This document shows, piece by piece, positions 1-20,404 of a DNA stretch of 64,000 nt. The translations under genes were made by a program, and so were the position numbers. This DNA is from Eledone cirrhosa. Its lineage: Eukaryota. The stretch covers positions 1 to 64,000 of the forward strand of contig CAXHJY010000244.1 of NCBI GenBank assembly GCA_964016885.1. The letters are read 5' to 3'. The notes beneath the pieces are model-generated. The model had not been told where the DNA came from. It saw nothing but the letters and a program-made list of their open reading frames with translations, and did not search any database. The stretch's first letter is position 1, and each line of letters begins with the position of its first letter.

Positions 1-47
1 ATACATATATATATATATACATACATATATAATATACATATATATAC

Positions 48-78
<31 letters not shown>

Positions 79-232
79 CAATATATATATATATACATAC
101 ATATATATATACATATATATATAATATACATAAATATATATATACATACATATAATATATTACATACATATATATATACATACATATATATATACATACA
201 TATATATATACATATAATATATATATACATAC

Positions 233-279
<47 letters not shown>

Positions 280-284
280 CATAC

Positions 285-317
<33 letters not shown>

Positions 318-365
318 CATATATATACATATATATATATGTATATATATATATACATATATATG

Positions 366-399
<34 letters not shown>

Positions 400-414
400 C
401 ATATCTGTATATAC

Positions 415-459
<45 letters not shown>

Positions 460-650
460 CATATATATGTATATATATATATACATATATATATATATAC
501 ACATATATATATATATATATGTATGTATATAATAAATATATATATATGTATGTATATATAACATATATATGTATATATATATACATATATATGTATATAT
601 ATATACACATATACATTTATATATATACATATATAATGTATATGTATAAC
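1..650. repeat. (TA)n microsatellite array with CA/TG variants
   Basis: Direct inspection; produces spurious YIYI ORFs. Confidence 0.95.
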
Positions 651-723
651 CTAAGGAAGTAATATCGTACAACTTATTGATTTTAAATAATTCTGATTCT
701 ACGTTTTTCGATAATTTTGTTCT

Positions 724-3700
724 GCAACACAACAACAACAACACACCCACCACCATCACCACAACAACAACACAACACACCCACCACTACCACCACCAAC
801 AACACAACACACCACCAACACAATACACCCACCACCACCACAACAACACAACACACCCACCACCGCCAACACAACACAATACACCCACCCACCATCACCA
901 ACAACAACACAGAACAACACACCACCCGAACAACAACAACAACACAACACACCCACCACCCCACCAACAACAACAACAACACAACACACCCACCACCACC
1001 ACAACAACACACCCACTACCACCATCACCAACACAACAACAACAAAACACACCCCCCAACAACAACAACACAACACACCACCAACAACAACAACACAACA
1101 CACCCACCAACACACACACACCCACCACACCAACAACACAACCACCCACCAACAACACAACCCAACCACCAACAACACACACACACCCACCACCACCAAC
1201 ACACCCACCAACAACAACAACACAACACACCCCCACCACCAACAACACAACACACCCACCAACAACACAACACACCCACCAACAACCAACAACACAACAC
1301 ACCCACCACCAACACAACACACCCACCACCAACAACACAACAACCCCACCACCCACCCACAACATACCCACCAACACACAACACAACACACCCACCACCA
1401 CCAACATACCCACCAACAACAACAACACAACACACCCTCCACCAACACACACACCACCAACAACAACAACACAACCACCACCAACACAACACACCCACCA
1501 ACAACAACAACACAACACACCCACCACCAACCACCACACACCCACCACACAACAACACACCCACCACCAACACAACACACCCACCAACAACAACAACACA
1601 ACACAACCCACACCAACACAACATACCACCACAACCACAACACAACACACCCACCACCACCAACACACCACACCCCCACCCACCACAACAACAACCAACA
1701 CACACCACCACCACACAACACACCCACCAACAACAACACAACACAACACACCCACCAACACAACACAACACACCACCCACCAAAACACACCCACCACACA
1801 CAACACAACACACCCACCACCACCAACACACAACACAACACACCACCACCACCACAACACAACACACCCACCACCACCACAACACAACCACCCACCACAA
1901 CATCAACACAACACACCCACCAACAACAACAACACACCCACCAACAACAACACACACCCACCCACCCACCACCAACAACACAACACACCCACCAACAACA
2001 CAACCCACCCCACCAACAACAACAACACACACACCCACCACCACCAACAACACAACACACCCACCACCACCAACAACACAACACACCCCACAACACACAA
2101 CACACCCACCACCACACCCAACAACACAACACACCACACCACCACCAACAACAACAACACACCCACCACCAACACCAACACAACCCACCCACCACCAACA
2201 CAACACACCCACCACCACCAATAACACAACCACCCCACCCACCACAACAACCACAACACACCCCCACCACCAACAACACAACACACCCACCAACAACACA
2301 ACACACCCACCAACAACACAACACACCCACCAACAACAACAACACAACACACCCACCAACACAACCAACACAACACACCCCCACAACAACAACACAACAC
2401 ACCCACCAACAACAACAACACAACACACCCACCAACAACAACAACACAACACACCCACCAACAACACAACACACCCCACCAACACACAACACACCCACCA
2501 ACAACAACAACACAACACACCCACCAACAACACCAACACAACACACCCACCACCACCAACACACAACACACCCACCACAACAACCACACAACACCCCCAC
2601 CACCACCAACACCCACACACACCCACCAACAACACAACACACCCACCACCACCATCACAACACCAACAACACAACACCCCCACCACCAACAACACACACA
2701 CCCACCCCACTACAACAACACAACACACCCCCACCAACAACAACACAACACAACACACCCACCAACACACAACAACCACCAACAACACAACACAACACAC
2801 CCACACCAACACAACATACCCACCAACAACAACAACACACACACCCTCCACCAACACCACACACCCCCAACAACAACAACACAACCACCCCCAACACAAC
2901 ACACCCCCAACAACAACAACACAACACACCCCCACCAACACAACACCCCACAACAACAACACACACCCACCACCACACAACACACCCACCAACACAACAA
3001 CACAACACACCCACCACCAACACAAATACCCACCAACAACCACAACCAACACACCCACCAACAACACAACACAACCCACCAACAACACACACAACACACC
3101 ACCACCACACAACACACCCCCCAACAACAACACAACACAACACACCCACCACAACAACACAACACACCCACCCACCCCAACACAACACACCCACCAACAA
3201 CAAACAACACAACACACCCACCACACCAACAACACAACACAACACACCCCACCACCACCAACAACACAACACACCCACCACCACCAACAACACAACACAC
3301 CACCAACAACAACAACACAACACACCCACCAACAACACAACACACCCACCAACAACAACACAACACACCCACCACCACCACAACACAACACACCACCAAC
3401 AACACAACCCACCCACCAACAACAACAACAAAACACACCACCCACCACCAACAACACAACACACCCACCACCACCAACAACACAACACACCCACCAACAA
3501 CACAACACACCCACCACCACCATCACCAACAACAACAACACAACACACCCACCACCAACAACAACACACACCCCACCACACAACACAAACACAACACCAC
3601 CACCAACACAACACACCCACCACCACCAATAACACAACACACCCACCAACAACAACAACACAACACACCCACCACCACCAACAACACAACACACCACCAA

Positions 3701-4303
3701 CAACACAACACACCCACCAACAACACAACACACCCACCAACAACAACAACACAACACACCCACCAACAACAACAACACAACACACCCACAACAACAACAC
3801 ACAACACACCCACCAACAACAACAACACAACACACCACCACAACAACAACACAACACACCCACCAACAACACAACACACCCACCAACAACACAACACACC
3901 CACCAACAACAACAACACAACACACCCACCAACAACAACAACACAACACACCCACCACCACCAACAACACAACACACCCACCAACAACAACAACACAACA
4001 CACCCACCACCACCAACAACACAACACACCCACCAACAACACAACACACCCACCACCACCATCACCAACAACAACAACACAACACACCCACCACCAACAA
4101 CAACAACACACCCACCACTAACAACAACACAACACACCCACCACCAACAACAACAACAACACAACACACCCACCAACAACACAACACACCCACCACCACC
4201 ATCACCAACAACAACAACACAACACACCACCACCAACAACAACACAACACACCCACCACCAACAGACAACAACAACAACACAACACACCCACCACCAACA
4301 ACC
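724..4303. repeat. Complex CAA/CAC/CA low-complexity array (recurring acaacacaacacacccacc motif)
   Basis: About 3.6 kb almost free of G and T on the + strand; open in many frames only because stop codons cannot form. Confidence 0.93.
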
Positions 4304-4325
4304 TCTTGCTTTTTACTATTTTTCT

Positions 4326-4812
4326 AGTAATGGTGGTGGATGATGGTGGCGGTGTTGGTGTTGGTTGTGTTGGTGTTGGCGGTGTTTGGTGTGGTGGTGT
4401 TGGTGGTGGTGGTGTTGGTGTGGTGTTGGTGGTGTTGGTGGTGGTGGTGTTGGTATTAGTGATAGTAGCAGTATATGAGCTGGTTGTGGTGCTGATGCTG
4501 ATGGTTGTGGTGATGGTGTTGGTGCTGATGGTGGTTGTTGGCGATGGTGAAGGTGGTGGGGGTTAGCGTGGTGGTGGTGGTGGTTGTGGTGGTGGTGGTG
4601 GTGGTGGTGGGTGGTTGTGCTGGTGACAGTAGTGGTAGCATGGTAGTTCTGGTGACAGCAGTGTTGGTGAGAGTAGTGGTGGTGATGGTGGCGGTAGAGG
4701 CGGTGCTGATGGTGGAGGTTGTGATGGTGGAGGCGGTGCTGATGGTGGTGAAGGGACGATGGTGGAGGTTGTGACGGTGGTGGGGGCGATGGTGGAGGTT
4801 GTCATGGTGATG
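4326..4812. repeat. (GGT/GTT/GAT)n degenerate trinucleotide tract
   Basis: Direct inspection; composition complementary to the adjacent upstream array. Confidence 0.88.
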
Positions 4813-4972
4813 ATATATAAATACTAACACAGTTGCAGTAAATGTCACCAGTGTAGGATAAATCCAGAACTATCTGTGTAGTATAGTCGTCAACCACTGA
4901 GATAGATGTGACATGATCACAGCTTAAAACATTTATAGCGAGACCCATGTATGCTTTCATATACATACATGT

Positions 4973-5010
<38 letters not shown>

Positions 5011-5012
<2 letters not shown>

Positions 5013-5141
5013 CGAAGGAATTGTGGTAAGGAACCAGATGGACCATAACGCACCAAAGTGCTCAATACTTAAGGTAGTAGAGTGGGTAATAGGAACAAGT
5101 ATGACCCGACGGCAGAGCTCAAGCCGTTTCAACGCTATTTC
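5011..5141 (-). mobile_element. Single arm of the 46067-46589 family of (TA)n-associated elements; retains the 3' half of a hammerhead
   Basis: Matches 46390-46520 (gaagga..tggtaaggaaccagatggaccataacgcaccaaagt..cgacggcagagctcaagccgtttc); abuts (TA)n. Confidence 0.8.
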
Positions 5142-5157
5142 TACTTCTATTATTATT

Positions 5158-5330
5158 AGCAGTATTGGTAGAGGGTCGGGACGCCATGCTTTCGGCAGAG
5201 TTACGGCCCTTTAACGTCCGAGTTCAAATCTCACCGAGGTTAACTTTGCCTTTCATCCTTACGGGGTCGATAAATAAAGTACCAGTAATACACTGGGATA
5301 ATTGCTGGCCTTGTGCCAAAATTAGAAATA
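5158..5330 (+). mobile_element. tRNA-derived SINE family A copy
   Basis: A-box-like ggcagtatcggtag in the family, B-box gagttcaaatc, conserved body tttgcctttcatccttacggggtcgataa, (ATT)n tail; about 13 copies in the window. Confidence 0.88.
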
Positions 5331-5807
5331 ATTATTATTATTATAATTATTATTATTCTCATTCTTCATTTTCTTCCTCTTCTTCTTTGCCTTATTCTTC
5401 TTCATCTTCTCTTCTTCTTCATCTCCTCCTCCACCATCATCATCATCATTCTTCTCCTCCTTCTCCATCATCATCAACTTCAGCTTCTTCTCCATCTTCA
5501 TCTCTCTCTCTCCATCTTTTCCTCCTCTTCTTCCTCTAACAATTTCCTCTTCTCCTCCCGCTCCAACTATTTCCGTTTCCGCTTCGTTTACAATAGAAAA
5601 CAAAAAGCTTCATAAAGACAAATCAATAACCAATACTGCAACACAATCATTGATATCGATACTGGAAGTGAACCACAGAATAAGAAGTGTTTTTAATTGA
5701 AGAAAATTACTTAAAATATTTTAACCATAAATATTTATAAATAAATTTAAACAAATAAATTGCATTAGAACCATGCAAGGTTATTTCTTTTTCTAATGCA
5801 GATATGT

Positions 5808-5853
<46 letters not shown>

Positions 5854-5856
<3 letters not shown>

Positions 5857-6122
5857 AATTGAAATACTAGAGTGTGTTGGAGTTAAACACCCTCTTCGAT
5901 ATTATAGAAATGACAGTAAAGGTATAGCTCAATGTAATTAACAGAGCCGAATAATTATGAAAATTTAATCTATGTACACTCCATATTCTTCTGAGTTTTC
6001 GGCTTGTATTGGCTGATAGTGCTTCTTATAGCTTTAATTGCCCTGATGAGTCCTTAATAGGACGAAACATTGTTGGCTAATAAAGACTTTTGATGTATTG
6101 AAGGCTTCTTTGGTTTATTTTC

Positions 6123-6126
<4 letters not shown>
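5854..6126 (+). mobile_element. Penelope-like/retrozyme-type element between (TA)n runs with an inverted 5' segment and a hammerhead
   Basis: Left arm (..atagctcaatgtaattaacagagccgaataattatgaaaa) is the inverted continuation of the right end (ttttcataa) and is homologous to 20980-21030. Confidence 0.65.
6036..6081 (+). ncRNA. Minimal type I hammerhead ribozyme motif
   Basis: attgcc-CTGATGA-GTCC ttaata GGAC-GAAA-c att g-TT-ggc(t)aat: intact core, 4-bp stem II, GUU triplet. Confidence 0.75.
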
Positions 6127-6176
<50 letters not shown>

Positions 6177-6182
<6 letters not shown>

Positions 6183-6233
6183 TTCCTGATGACTTCTAAA
6201 GAATGAAACAGTTCTAGTCCTGTAGAATCTCAT
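6177..6233 (+). ncRNA. Type I hammerhead ribozyme motif
   Basis: atgagattc-CTGATGA-cttc taaa gaat-GAA-acag ttctagtc ctgt-A-gaatctcat: perfect 9-bp stem I, 4-bp stem III, GUA site; C.U mismatch at the base of stem II. Confidence 0.78.
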
Positions 6234-6328
6234 CAATATTAAAACTTTATACTCTGCTATGTATTGAGTACCTTACTTAATGTGGTTACCTCCGATTCAA
6301 CCCGGAATAACGTATATATATATATATG

Positions 6329-6369
<41 letters not shown>

Positions 6370-6388
6370 GCGTGTGTGTGTGCGTGCG

Positions 6389-6475
6389 CGTTTCGGACAC
6401 TAGTCCTTCATCAGAAAATAGAATGAGAAATTAAAGAATAGAAAGATAGAAGAGTGAACAGTGACAGAAAGTAAA
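6389..6475 (-). ncRNA. Truncated hammerhead core in a copy of the 61070/61635 family
   Basis: Minus strand reads tttt-CTGATGA-a-GGAC tagt GTCC-GAAACG, then is cut by a (CA/CG)n run; upstream flank matches 61130-61180. Confidence 0.65.
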
Positions 6476-6638
6476 AGTAAATTCTAGAGAAAAAAGCCGT
6501 TCTCTTCGAGAACATCCCCTCCTTTCCCGTTCTTTTTCTTCTTTCTCTCTGTCTTTTTTCTCTATATCTCCCTATTTTTTCTTTCTTTTGTTTCCCTTTT
6601 TTTTATTATTGCCGTCATTATAATTCTAATTATTATTA

Positions 6639-6830
6639 GGGCGGTGGATTGGCAGTATCGGTAGAGCGTCGGACGCCATGCTTTACAGCATATAATTACG
6701 GCCCTTTACGGTCTGAGTTCAAATCCCGCCGAGGTTAACTTTGCCTTTCATCATTACGCGGGTCGATAAAATAAAGTACCAGTAATACACTGAGATAATT
6801 GCTGGCCTTGTGCCAAAAGTAGAAAAAATT
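6639..6830 (+). mobile_element. tRNA-derived SINE family A copy
   Basis: Full A/B box head and conserved body. Confidence 0.9.
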
Positions 6831-7067
6831 ATATGAGTAGAAAGATATTTATCAATTCTATGGCTTTTTTTTATATAACTGATTTGGTTATAATGTTATG
6901 AGATAAATTATTTAGTTCAAAACAAGAGATGTAATTACCTAATCTATCCTTTCAACAATTATATTTAATTAGGTATTATACGCGAAGAGGAAAATATTAA
7001 CTATTTGTGTAGCAATTATTATAAGGAAAATTTATGTATTATAGCATAGTTTATCAATATATATTAA

Positions 7068-7248
7068 ATTGGCAGTATCGGTAGAGAGTCGGACACCATG
7101 CTTTGAAGAATAGAGTTACGTCTCTTTATGATCTGAGTTCAAATCCCGCCGAGGTTAACTTTGCCTTTCATCCTTACGGGGTCGATAAAATAAAGTACCA
7201 GTAATGTATTGGATATTTGCTGGCCTTGTGCCAAAAATAGAAACAATT
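7068..7248 (+). mobile_element. tRNA-derived SINE family A copy
   Basis: Same head and body motifs. Confidence 0.9.
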
Positions 7249-7802
7249 AAATTAAATTTATTTATATACTAACTAAAGATAAGGTAGATGAAAAAGTTAT
7301 ATTAGTTTACTGATTTTGTCTATTCGTCTTAATTTTCTATGTAAACAAAAGATCGCTCCATAATTAAATAAAGAAGCTTTTCTTATTTAATTATTTATTA
7401 AGTTTAACTAAAAACTCTATGAAACGTTTTGGAAAATCTACGAAGACAAGAGCTAAATATTTCTGAACGTTTATTAATAATTAAATGTCTATTATAAATG
7501 ATATGAAGAATTTCTGTGGTACATAGGTCACAATCTTTAGATATGGAAGCATTTTGATAAGGCAAAGCATTAGAGAGTTTTTGCCAAGAAAAGGACTATT
7601 CGATATTATTATTTTTAAGTGATCAAATCTATTCAGCAAGGGCCGTAGTAAATCTTTTGCCTGCCCTCTTGAACGAATGGCGATGGTTGTACCATATATA
7701 TATATATATATATATATAATTATATACGAATCAAATGCAGAGTTAAAAACCCGAATTAAAACCCAGTAATTTATGATCTCAAAGTATAAAAACCGGGCTC
7801 TT

Positions 7803-8441
7803 TATAATATATAGAAATAAACACAGAAAGAAGTTTGTTTTGAATTACATGGGTTGAAAACCACTTTGGTGCAATGGATATAATCTATGAACAAACGGAA
7901 AATACATAATAACAGGAAAAGATGAATTAAAATGCACTAAATATTTCAATAACTCTTAACCCTTTAGCATTCACATTACTCTATATATACTATTGTATTT
8001 TCACAGTAAAGGTTTTACCTCACATAATATATCACATAACATTTACATTACTCTATATATACTATCGTATTTTCACGGTAAAGAATTTACCTCACATAAT
8101 ATCGAATCTATGAGATTTTGAAAGTATTTATTTTGAGAACAATACCTTAACATCAGTTTGAGTGACTAGTTACAGCCAGTTTCGACAGAAAAAGGTAGAG
8201 AATTCTGGCCGGTTTGGGCCGGTTTGAACACTAAAGGGTTAAACACCTGGGCAAACTACAGATAGAGTTTGTTTCGCCATAAACTTGTGTCAATTAACCC
8301 TGGGGCTTCTCAACAGGAGTTAGGATTCTATGAACAGCACACCTAGAGATAATTTAGGTAACTATATATCGCGGTGTATATAGTAAGAGAACCCATGTAA
8401 TTCTAAACACACTTCTTTGTGTGTTTATTTCTATGTATTAT
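7803..8441. mobile_element. Element with about 50-bp inverted ends, interrupted by a piggyBac-like MITE
   Basis: 7803-7853 (tagaaataaacacagaaagaagt..gaattacatgggtt) is the reverse complement of 8389-8441. Confidence 0.55.
7960..8238. mobile_element. piggyBac-like MITE
   Basis: TTAA-CCCTTTAGCATTCA ... TGAACACTAAAGGG-TTAA: TTAA target duplication and CCC/GGG termini; second copy ends at 39028. Confidence 0.85.
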
Positions 8442-8670
8442 ATTATAATTATGTAATAAACAACATAAGAAAATTATTCCATTTACCAAAGGTTTCACGA
8501 AAACAGATGAGCTGGACACAGACGTCTGACTTCGGTCGTCAGAATGAAATTTCATTTAAAATGGAAGTGAGATATGAATTTCACTCTCTTTTCCTTTACC
8601 TTTCCTACGGAAACACTTCATATTATATTATATATATATAATGTGCGTATTATATTATATATATATATAA

Positions 8671-8856
8671 GGTGGATTGGCAGTATCGGTAGAGGGTCAG
8701 ACACCATGCTTTCCAGCATAGTTACGTCCCTTAACGATCTGAGTTCAAATCCCGCCGAGGTTAATTTTGCCTTTCATCATTACGAGGTCGATAAAATAAA
8801 GTACTAGTAATGTACTGGGTAATTGCTGGCCTTGTGCCAAAAAGTAGAAACAATTA
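8671..8856 (+). mobile_element. tRNA-derived SINE family A copy
   Basis: Same head and body motifs. Confidence 0.9.
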
Positions 8857-8989
8857 TATTATATATATATACGTGCACATATATAAATTTATGATACCCT
8901 TCTTTTTCTTCCGCCTCTTCTTTGTCCACTTATTTCTGTGGGGGAGGGGTCATGAATGCGGTGTCCTCAGAAATGTCTTCTCGGGGGTT

Positions 8990-9168
8990 CTGTTAGAACC
9001 TACTGTCTCCAATTGATCCGGTTAGATTCCCAAGCCAGAAACCAAGCTTATGGATGTTATCCAACCATCCTGCTCATGGTCTACCTCTGGATTTCCTGTC
9101 GTTTGGCTTTGCCCGTAAAATCAGTCCAACGATTCTTTCCTTAAACATTCTAACCACATGTCCGTTCC
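8990..9168 (-). mobile_element. RTE-clade LINE 3' ORF fragment
   Basis: Minus strand encodes GHVVRMFKERIVGLILRAKPNDRKSRGRP*.GWLDNI, the RTE C-terminal GHV.RM...RGRP..RW.D motif. Confidence 0.78.
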
Positions 9169-9334
9169 GTAATATATATATACTAGCTGGCCCCGTGCCG
9201 TCAAAAATGACAGCTAATTGTAATATATATATATAATATAAAAAAGAGATGTTTGTTGGTTGGTTAGTTGGTTGGTTGGTTGGTTGGTTGGTTGGTTCCT
9301 TCGCGCTCACTCACACAGGTGATGCAAACCTTTC

Positions 9335-9862
9335 TAAGTCAACGTTATCACCCTTTTCTTCCTAAATCTACGCTATCTCCCCTTCCCTCCTCAGTCGACG
9401 TTATCACCCTTCCTTTCCTAAGTCGACGTTATCACCCCTTCCTTCCTCAGTCGACGTTATCACCCTTCCTTTCCTAAGTCGACGTTATCACCCTTCCTTC
9501 GTAAGTCGACATTATCACCCTTCCTTTCCTAAGTCGACGTTATCACCCCTTCCTTCCTCAGTCGACGTTATCACCCTTCCTTTCCTAAGTCGACGTTATC
9601 ACCCTTCCTTCGTAAGTCGACATTATCACCCTTCCTTTCCTAAGTCGACGTTATCACCCCTTCCTTCCTCAGTCGACGTTATCACCCTTCCTTCGTAAGT
9701 CGACATTATCACCCTTCCTTTCCTAAGTCGACGTTATCATCCTTCCTTTCCTAAGTCGACGTTATCACCCTTCCTTCGTAAGTCGACATTATCACCCTTC
9801 CTTCCTAAATCGACGTTATCTCCCCTTCCTTCCTCAGTCGACGTTATCTCCCCTTCCTTCCT
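9335..9862. repeat. 28-29-bp minisatellite (aagtcgacgttatcacccttcctttcct), about 18 copies
   Basis: Contiguous tandem units with no unique spacers. Confidence 0.93.
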
Positions 9863-10086
9863 CACCACCATAGGCGCTGAGCTGGCTACTCTTAGCAGTG
9901 AAGACTTGTGGTGTCCTGGGCCCTAGGGCTACCTCCCTACTCACCACCATAGGCGCTGAGCTGGCAAGCCGCAGGTGTGAATCTCGCGTGTTGGAATGGC
10001 TTTTCCAGCGCGTCTCCCTTGCCGTCCTCCGAGGAAACGCCTTCTCCATTCTGTCCGCCGTGGCTGTGGGGAGGCCACCAATATGA
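9860..10086 (+). mobile_element. CRE-like non-LTR retrotransposon 3' fragment (restriction-like endonuclease C-terminus)
   Basis: Encodes AVKTCGVLGPRATSLLTTIGAELASRRCESRVLEWLFQRVSLAVLRGNAFSIL, matching the AVETxGxxG...FQRxSLAxxRGNA motif; second copy at about 31160-31555. Confidence 0.75.
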
Positions 10087-10639
10087 TTGACTGACTTGTC
10101 ATTTTATCTGTCACCTGTTGCTGTCGTTAATTCCCTCTTATAATTTGGCTACCAGCTCACCCTCCTTTCTATTTTTTTTATCTTTCTTTTAATGTTTATC
10201 TTTCTTTTTCATTGTTGTAGTGACTCCATTTTCATTTTCTTCCATTTAACGTAAATTTTTTCCTTTTTTTTACAGTCTTATATCCGAATAAATTACAATT
10301 AACAATAACAATAATAAAAACATATATGACCAATGAGATTTATAAAACCAAAACGTAAGCTCGCAATTTCGAGTATTGTAATAGCAATGATGTTTGCTAT
10401 AAGAGGAACACAAATTTCATCTATTTATCTATTTGATGCATGGGTATTATAAAGAGTGACGTTGAAACATTTAATTCTTGGCAAATATCTTGATAAATAA
10501 AACTAAACAAAATGAAACCTGTTAAGATTGGTTTCCCTCAAGCACGGAATTTCAACTTACATTCACAAACAATGAAAACAGTAAGACAATTTATCATAAA
10601 CCAAACGCATTGCAGAACATAAGAAAACTTGTGGACATA

Positions 10640-14465
<3,826 letters not shown>

Positions 14466-14466
14466 A

Positions 14467-14800
14467 AAGTGAGGTTTTTTTTTACAAAATGAAAAATAAC
14501 CGAGGTGTCCTACACGAGTGAAAGTATAAAGAAAAAAAAGATGAAATCGAAAATGCAACTGGAGTCTTATTTTTAAAAATATATATATATATTTTTGGTT
14601 CCTTTACCGGTTTCGCAGTTCTTCTGCTTTTCAAAAGTAGAGTTGAGATGGAGGGTCTGTGGTTTTTCTCACTTGTGAGAAAAACCACAGACCCTCCATT
14701 TCAGAAGAACAGGGAAACCGGTAAAGGAACCAAAGAAATATATATATATTTTTTTAAATAAGACTCCAGTTGCATTTTCGATTTCATCTTTTTTTCTTTA
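14467..14800. mobile_element. Fold-back element, family P (also 53636-53920, 63472-63835, fragment 63042-63071)
   Basis: Palindrome centred on tctcacttgtgaga; flanked by (TA)n; carries a U3-A8 hammerhead on the minus strand at 14602-14637. Confidence 0.85.
14602..14637 (-). ncRNA. Minimal hammerhead, U3-A8 core variant
   Basis: ctt-TTGAAAA-GCAG aagaa CTGC-GAA-ACCGGT-A-aag. Confidence 0.62.
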
Positions 14801-14821
14801 TATATATATATATATATATAT

Positions 14822-15263
14822 AGCGGCGATGAATTAGTTTTGCGAGGTTTTTTATATGAAATCGTGTGTCGAAACAGATATTGTTATATTTGGGGAGGGT
14901 CATATTTGCGTAATATTGCCAGAATTAATAACAGAACACACTCACTGTTTGGTTGAGACAGACTGAACAAAAAAATGGCGTAGACATACAACACAACAGG
15001 AGGAACAATGAATATAACACCACTGACGATGTTGCAGATGTGCAACGAAAGATTTATGTAAACTATATATATATGTGTTTGTCTATATTGTATCTGTATT
15101 ATTTTTGACCGCCGGTCAGTCAATGGCAACATTGAGGACCGAGTAAGTTAGATCGCAGATATATATATATAAAAGACAGCGAGAAGCGAAAACCAACCAA
15201 ACAGTGAGTGTGTTCTGTTATTAATTCTGGCAATATTACGCAAATATGACCCTCCCCAAATAT

Positions 15264-15270
<7 letters not shown>
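14822..15270. mobile_element. Element with about 75-bp inverted arms and an internal hammerhead core; arm copies at 46629-46678 and 56225-56316
   Basis: 14878-14955 inverted against 15201-15270; internal CTGACGA-t-GTTGCA gatg TGCAAC-GAAA at 15023-15050. Confidence 0.75.
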
Positions 15271-15300
<30 letters not shown>

Positions 15301-15698
15301 CGTATATATACATATACACAGACATACATATATACATATATACATATGCATGTACATACATATATACATATATATACATATACATACATACACACACACA
15401 TACATAAATATATATACATACATACATATACATATTGCACCTGGTTGCATACATATATATATACATACATATATATATATACATACGTATATGTGTATGT
15501 ACGTGTGTTAGTGCGTGGAGAGAGGGAGAGAGAGATGGTTGGAGATAATCAGGGAGACAAAGTGAAATAAGCAAGATAATATTTTTAAGTATGTTCCGCA
15601 TGAATGCACCAGTAGCCCAAATAATTATTATCGGAGAATAAAGGATGTCTATTTCTTGATTAATCAATGTATGATATTACTGTCACGTGTTATATCAC

Positions 15699-18650
<2,952 letters not shown>

Positions 18651-18823
18651 ATGATGGTTATCTGCTAATCTTTTCAAAAGCTAAGCTAGAGGTAATGGAA
18701 ATGTCAAACCTACAATTTAACTGTGAAAATCCTGCCTGTGATTTCCTGGAAGAGAAACAATTAAAGCTTGTCACGAGCTTTTCTTATTATTTAGAATGCA
18801 AAGTTGAATTTTCTGTAGATAGC

Positions 18824-19651
18824 GCGCTGAAATACAATTATTGCGAAGAATTGTAAACGTCTCACTGTAATACAGTTATAGCGAAGAATTGTAAATAACT
18901 CACTGAAATAGGTTTATAGCGAAGAATTGTAAATAACTCACTGAAATAGGGTTATAGCGAAGAATTGTAAATAACTCGCTTAAATACAGTTATAGCGAAG
19001 AATTTTAAATGACTCGCTGAAATACAATTATAGCGAAGAATTGTAAATGACTCGCTGAAATACAATTATAGCGAAGAATTGTAAATGACTCGCTGAAATA
19101 CAGTTATAGCGAAGAATTGTAAATAACTCACTGAAATACATTAAAACGAAGAATTTTAAACGACTCGCTGAAATACAATTATAGCGAAGAATTTTAAATG
19201 ACTCGCTGAAATACAATTATAGCGAAGAATTGTAAATAACTCACTGAAATACATTAAAACGAAGAATTTTAAACGACTCGCTGAAATACAATTATAGCGA
19301 AGAATTGTAAATGACTCGCTGAAATACATTATAACGAAGAATTGTTAATGACTAGCTGAAATACATTATAACGAAGAATTGTAAATGACTCGCTGAAATA
19401 CAGTTATAGCGAAGAATTGTAAATAACTCACTGAAATACATTAAAACGAAGAATTTTAAACGACTCGCTGAAATACAATTATAGCGAAGAATTGTAAATG
19501 ACTCGCTGAAATACAATTATAGCGAAGAATTGTTAATGACTAGCTGAAATACATTATAACGAAGAATTATAAATGACTCGCTGAAATACATTATAACGAA
19601 GAATTGTAAATGACTAGCTGAAATACAGTTATAGCGAAGAATTTTAAACGA
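18824..19651. repeat. 38-bp minisatellite (gctgaaatacaattatagcgaagaattgtaaatgactc), about 22 copies
   Basis: Contiguous tandem units. Confidence 0.94.
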
Positions 19652-19992
19652 CTTATATGTACGTAGATTGAAAGTATTTGCCATAAATGTGTGTGGACAT
19701 CTTAGTTGAGATGAAATTCATAAACGTGCTATACAATATTGGTGTTATTGAATTCCAGCACAGATTTAATCAACATTCATTAATAAGAAATGGTGGAAGC
19801 AATTTTCCTTCAAAAGTGATGCTAAATTCCTTCAATAGATTCAATAAGAAAGAAAGTACGGCTAGATGTATCTACACATATACATGTATATATATATGTG
19901 TGTGTGTGTATATGTGTGTGTATATGTGTGTGTGTGTTTGTGTATATATATATATTCATAAGCACACTCTTATAAAGGCTTAATGAAGGACT

Positions 19993-20023
<31 letters not shown>

Positions 20024-20404
20024 GAGAGAGAGATGTATATAGATAGATACATAGAGAGAGAGAGAGAGAGAGAGAGAGAGGTGTGAGTATGTACTATAAA
20101 TATATATACATGTATATATATGTATATATATGCATGTATGCTTGTATGTATGAATACCTGTATGTATGCATACATATATGTATGTGCGCATACATAAATG
20201 AATGTATACATGTATGTGTATGTATGTATATATATATATGTGTGTGTGTGTATGTATGGAGACATACAAATATATGTGTATACAAATGTCCTGTTTGATT
20301 AGGAATATGCGATGTTTCTGTTGTAATTAATTTTCTGGAAATTCGTTAAATATTTACCGTCAGCAAAATACTATCGTTAGACTAATCTTTATCATTATTT
20401 ACTG

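Noticed and set aside
677-4301. Very long Thr/His/Gln-rich and Val/Cys/Gly-rich ORFs (up to 1028 aa)
   Set aside because: Open in nearly all frames on both strands because the A/C repeat lacks stop codons; no domain signal.
8255-8320. Minus-strand hammerhead (ctgttga..gcc..ggc gaaac..gta)
   Set aside because: The core is mutated and stem I does not pair; too degenerate to call.
18824-19651. 38-bp repeat as a CRISPR array (also the 28-, 39- and 65-bp arrays)
   Set aside because: Units are contiguous with no unique spacers, there are no cas genes, and the context is eukaryotic.
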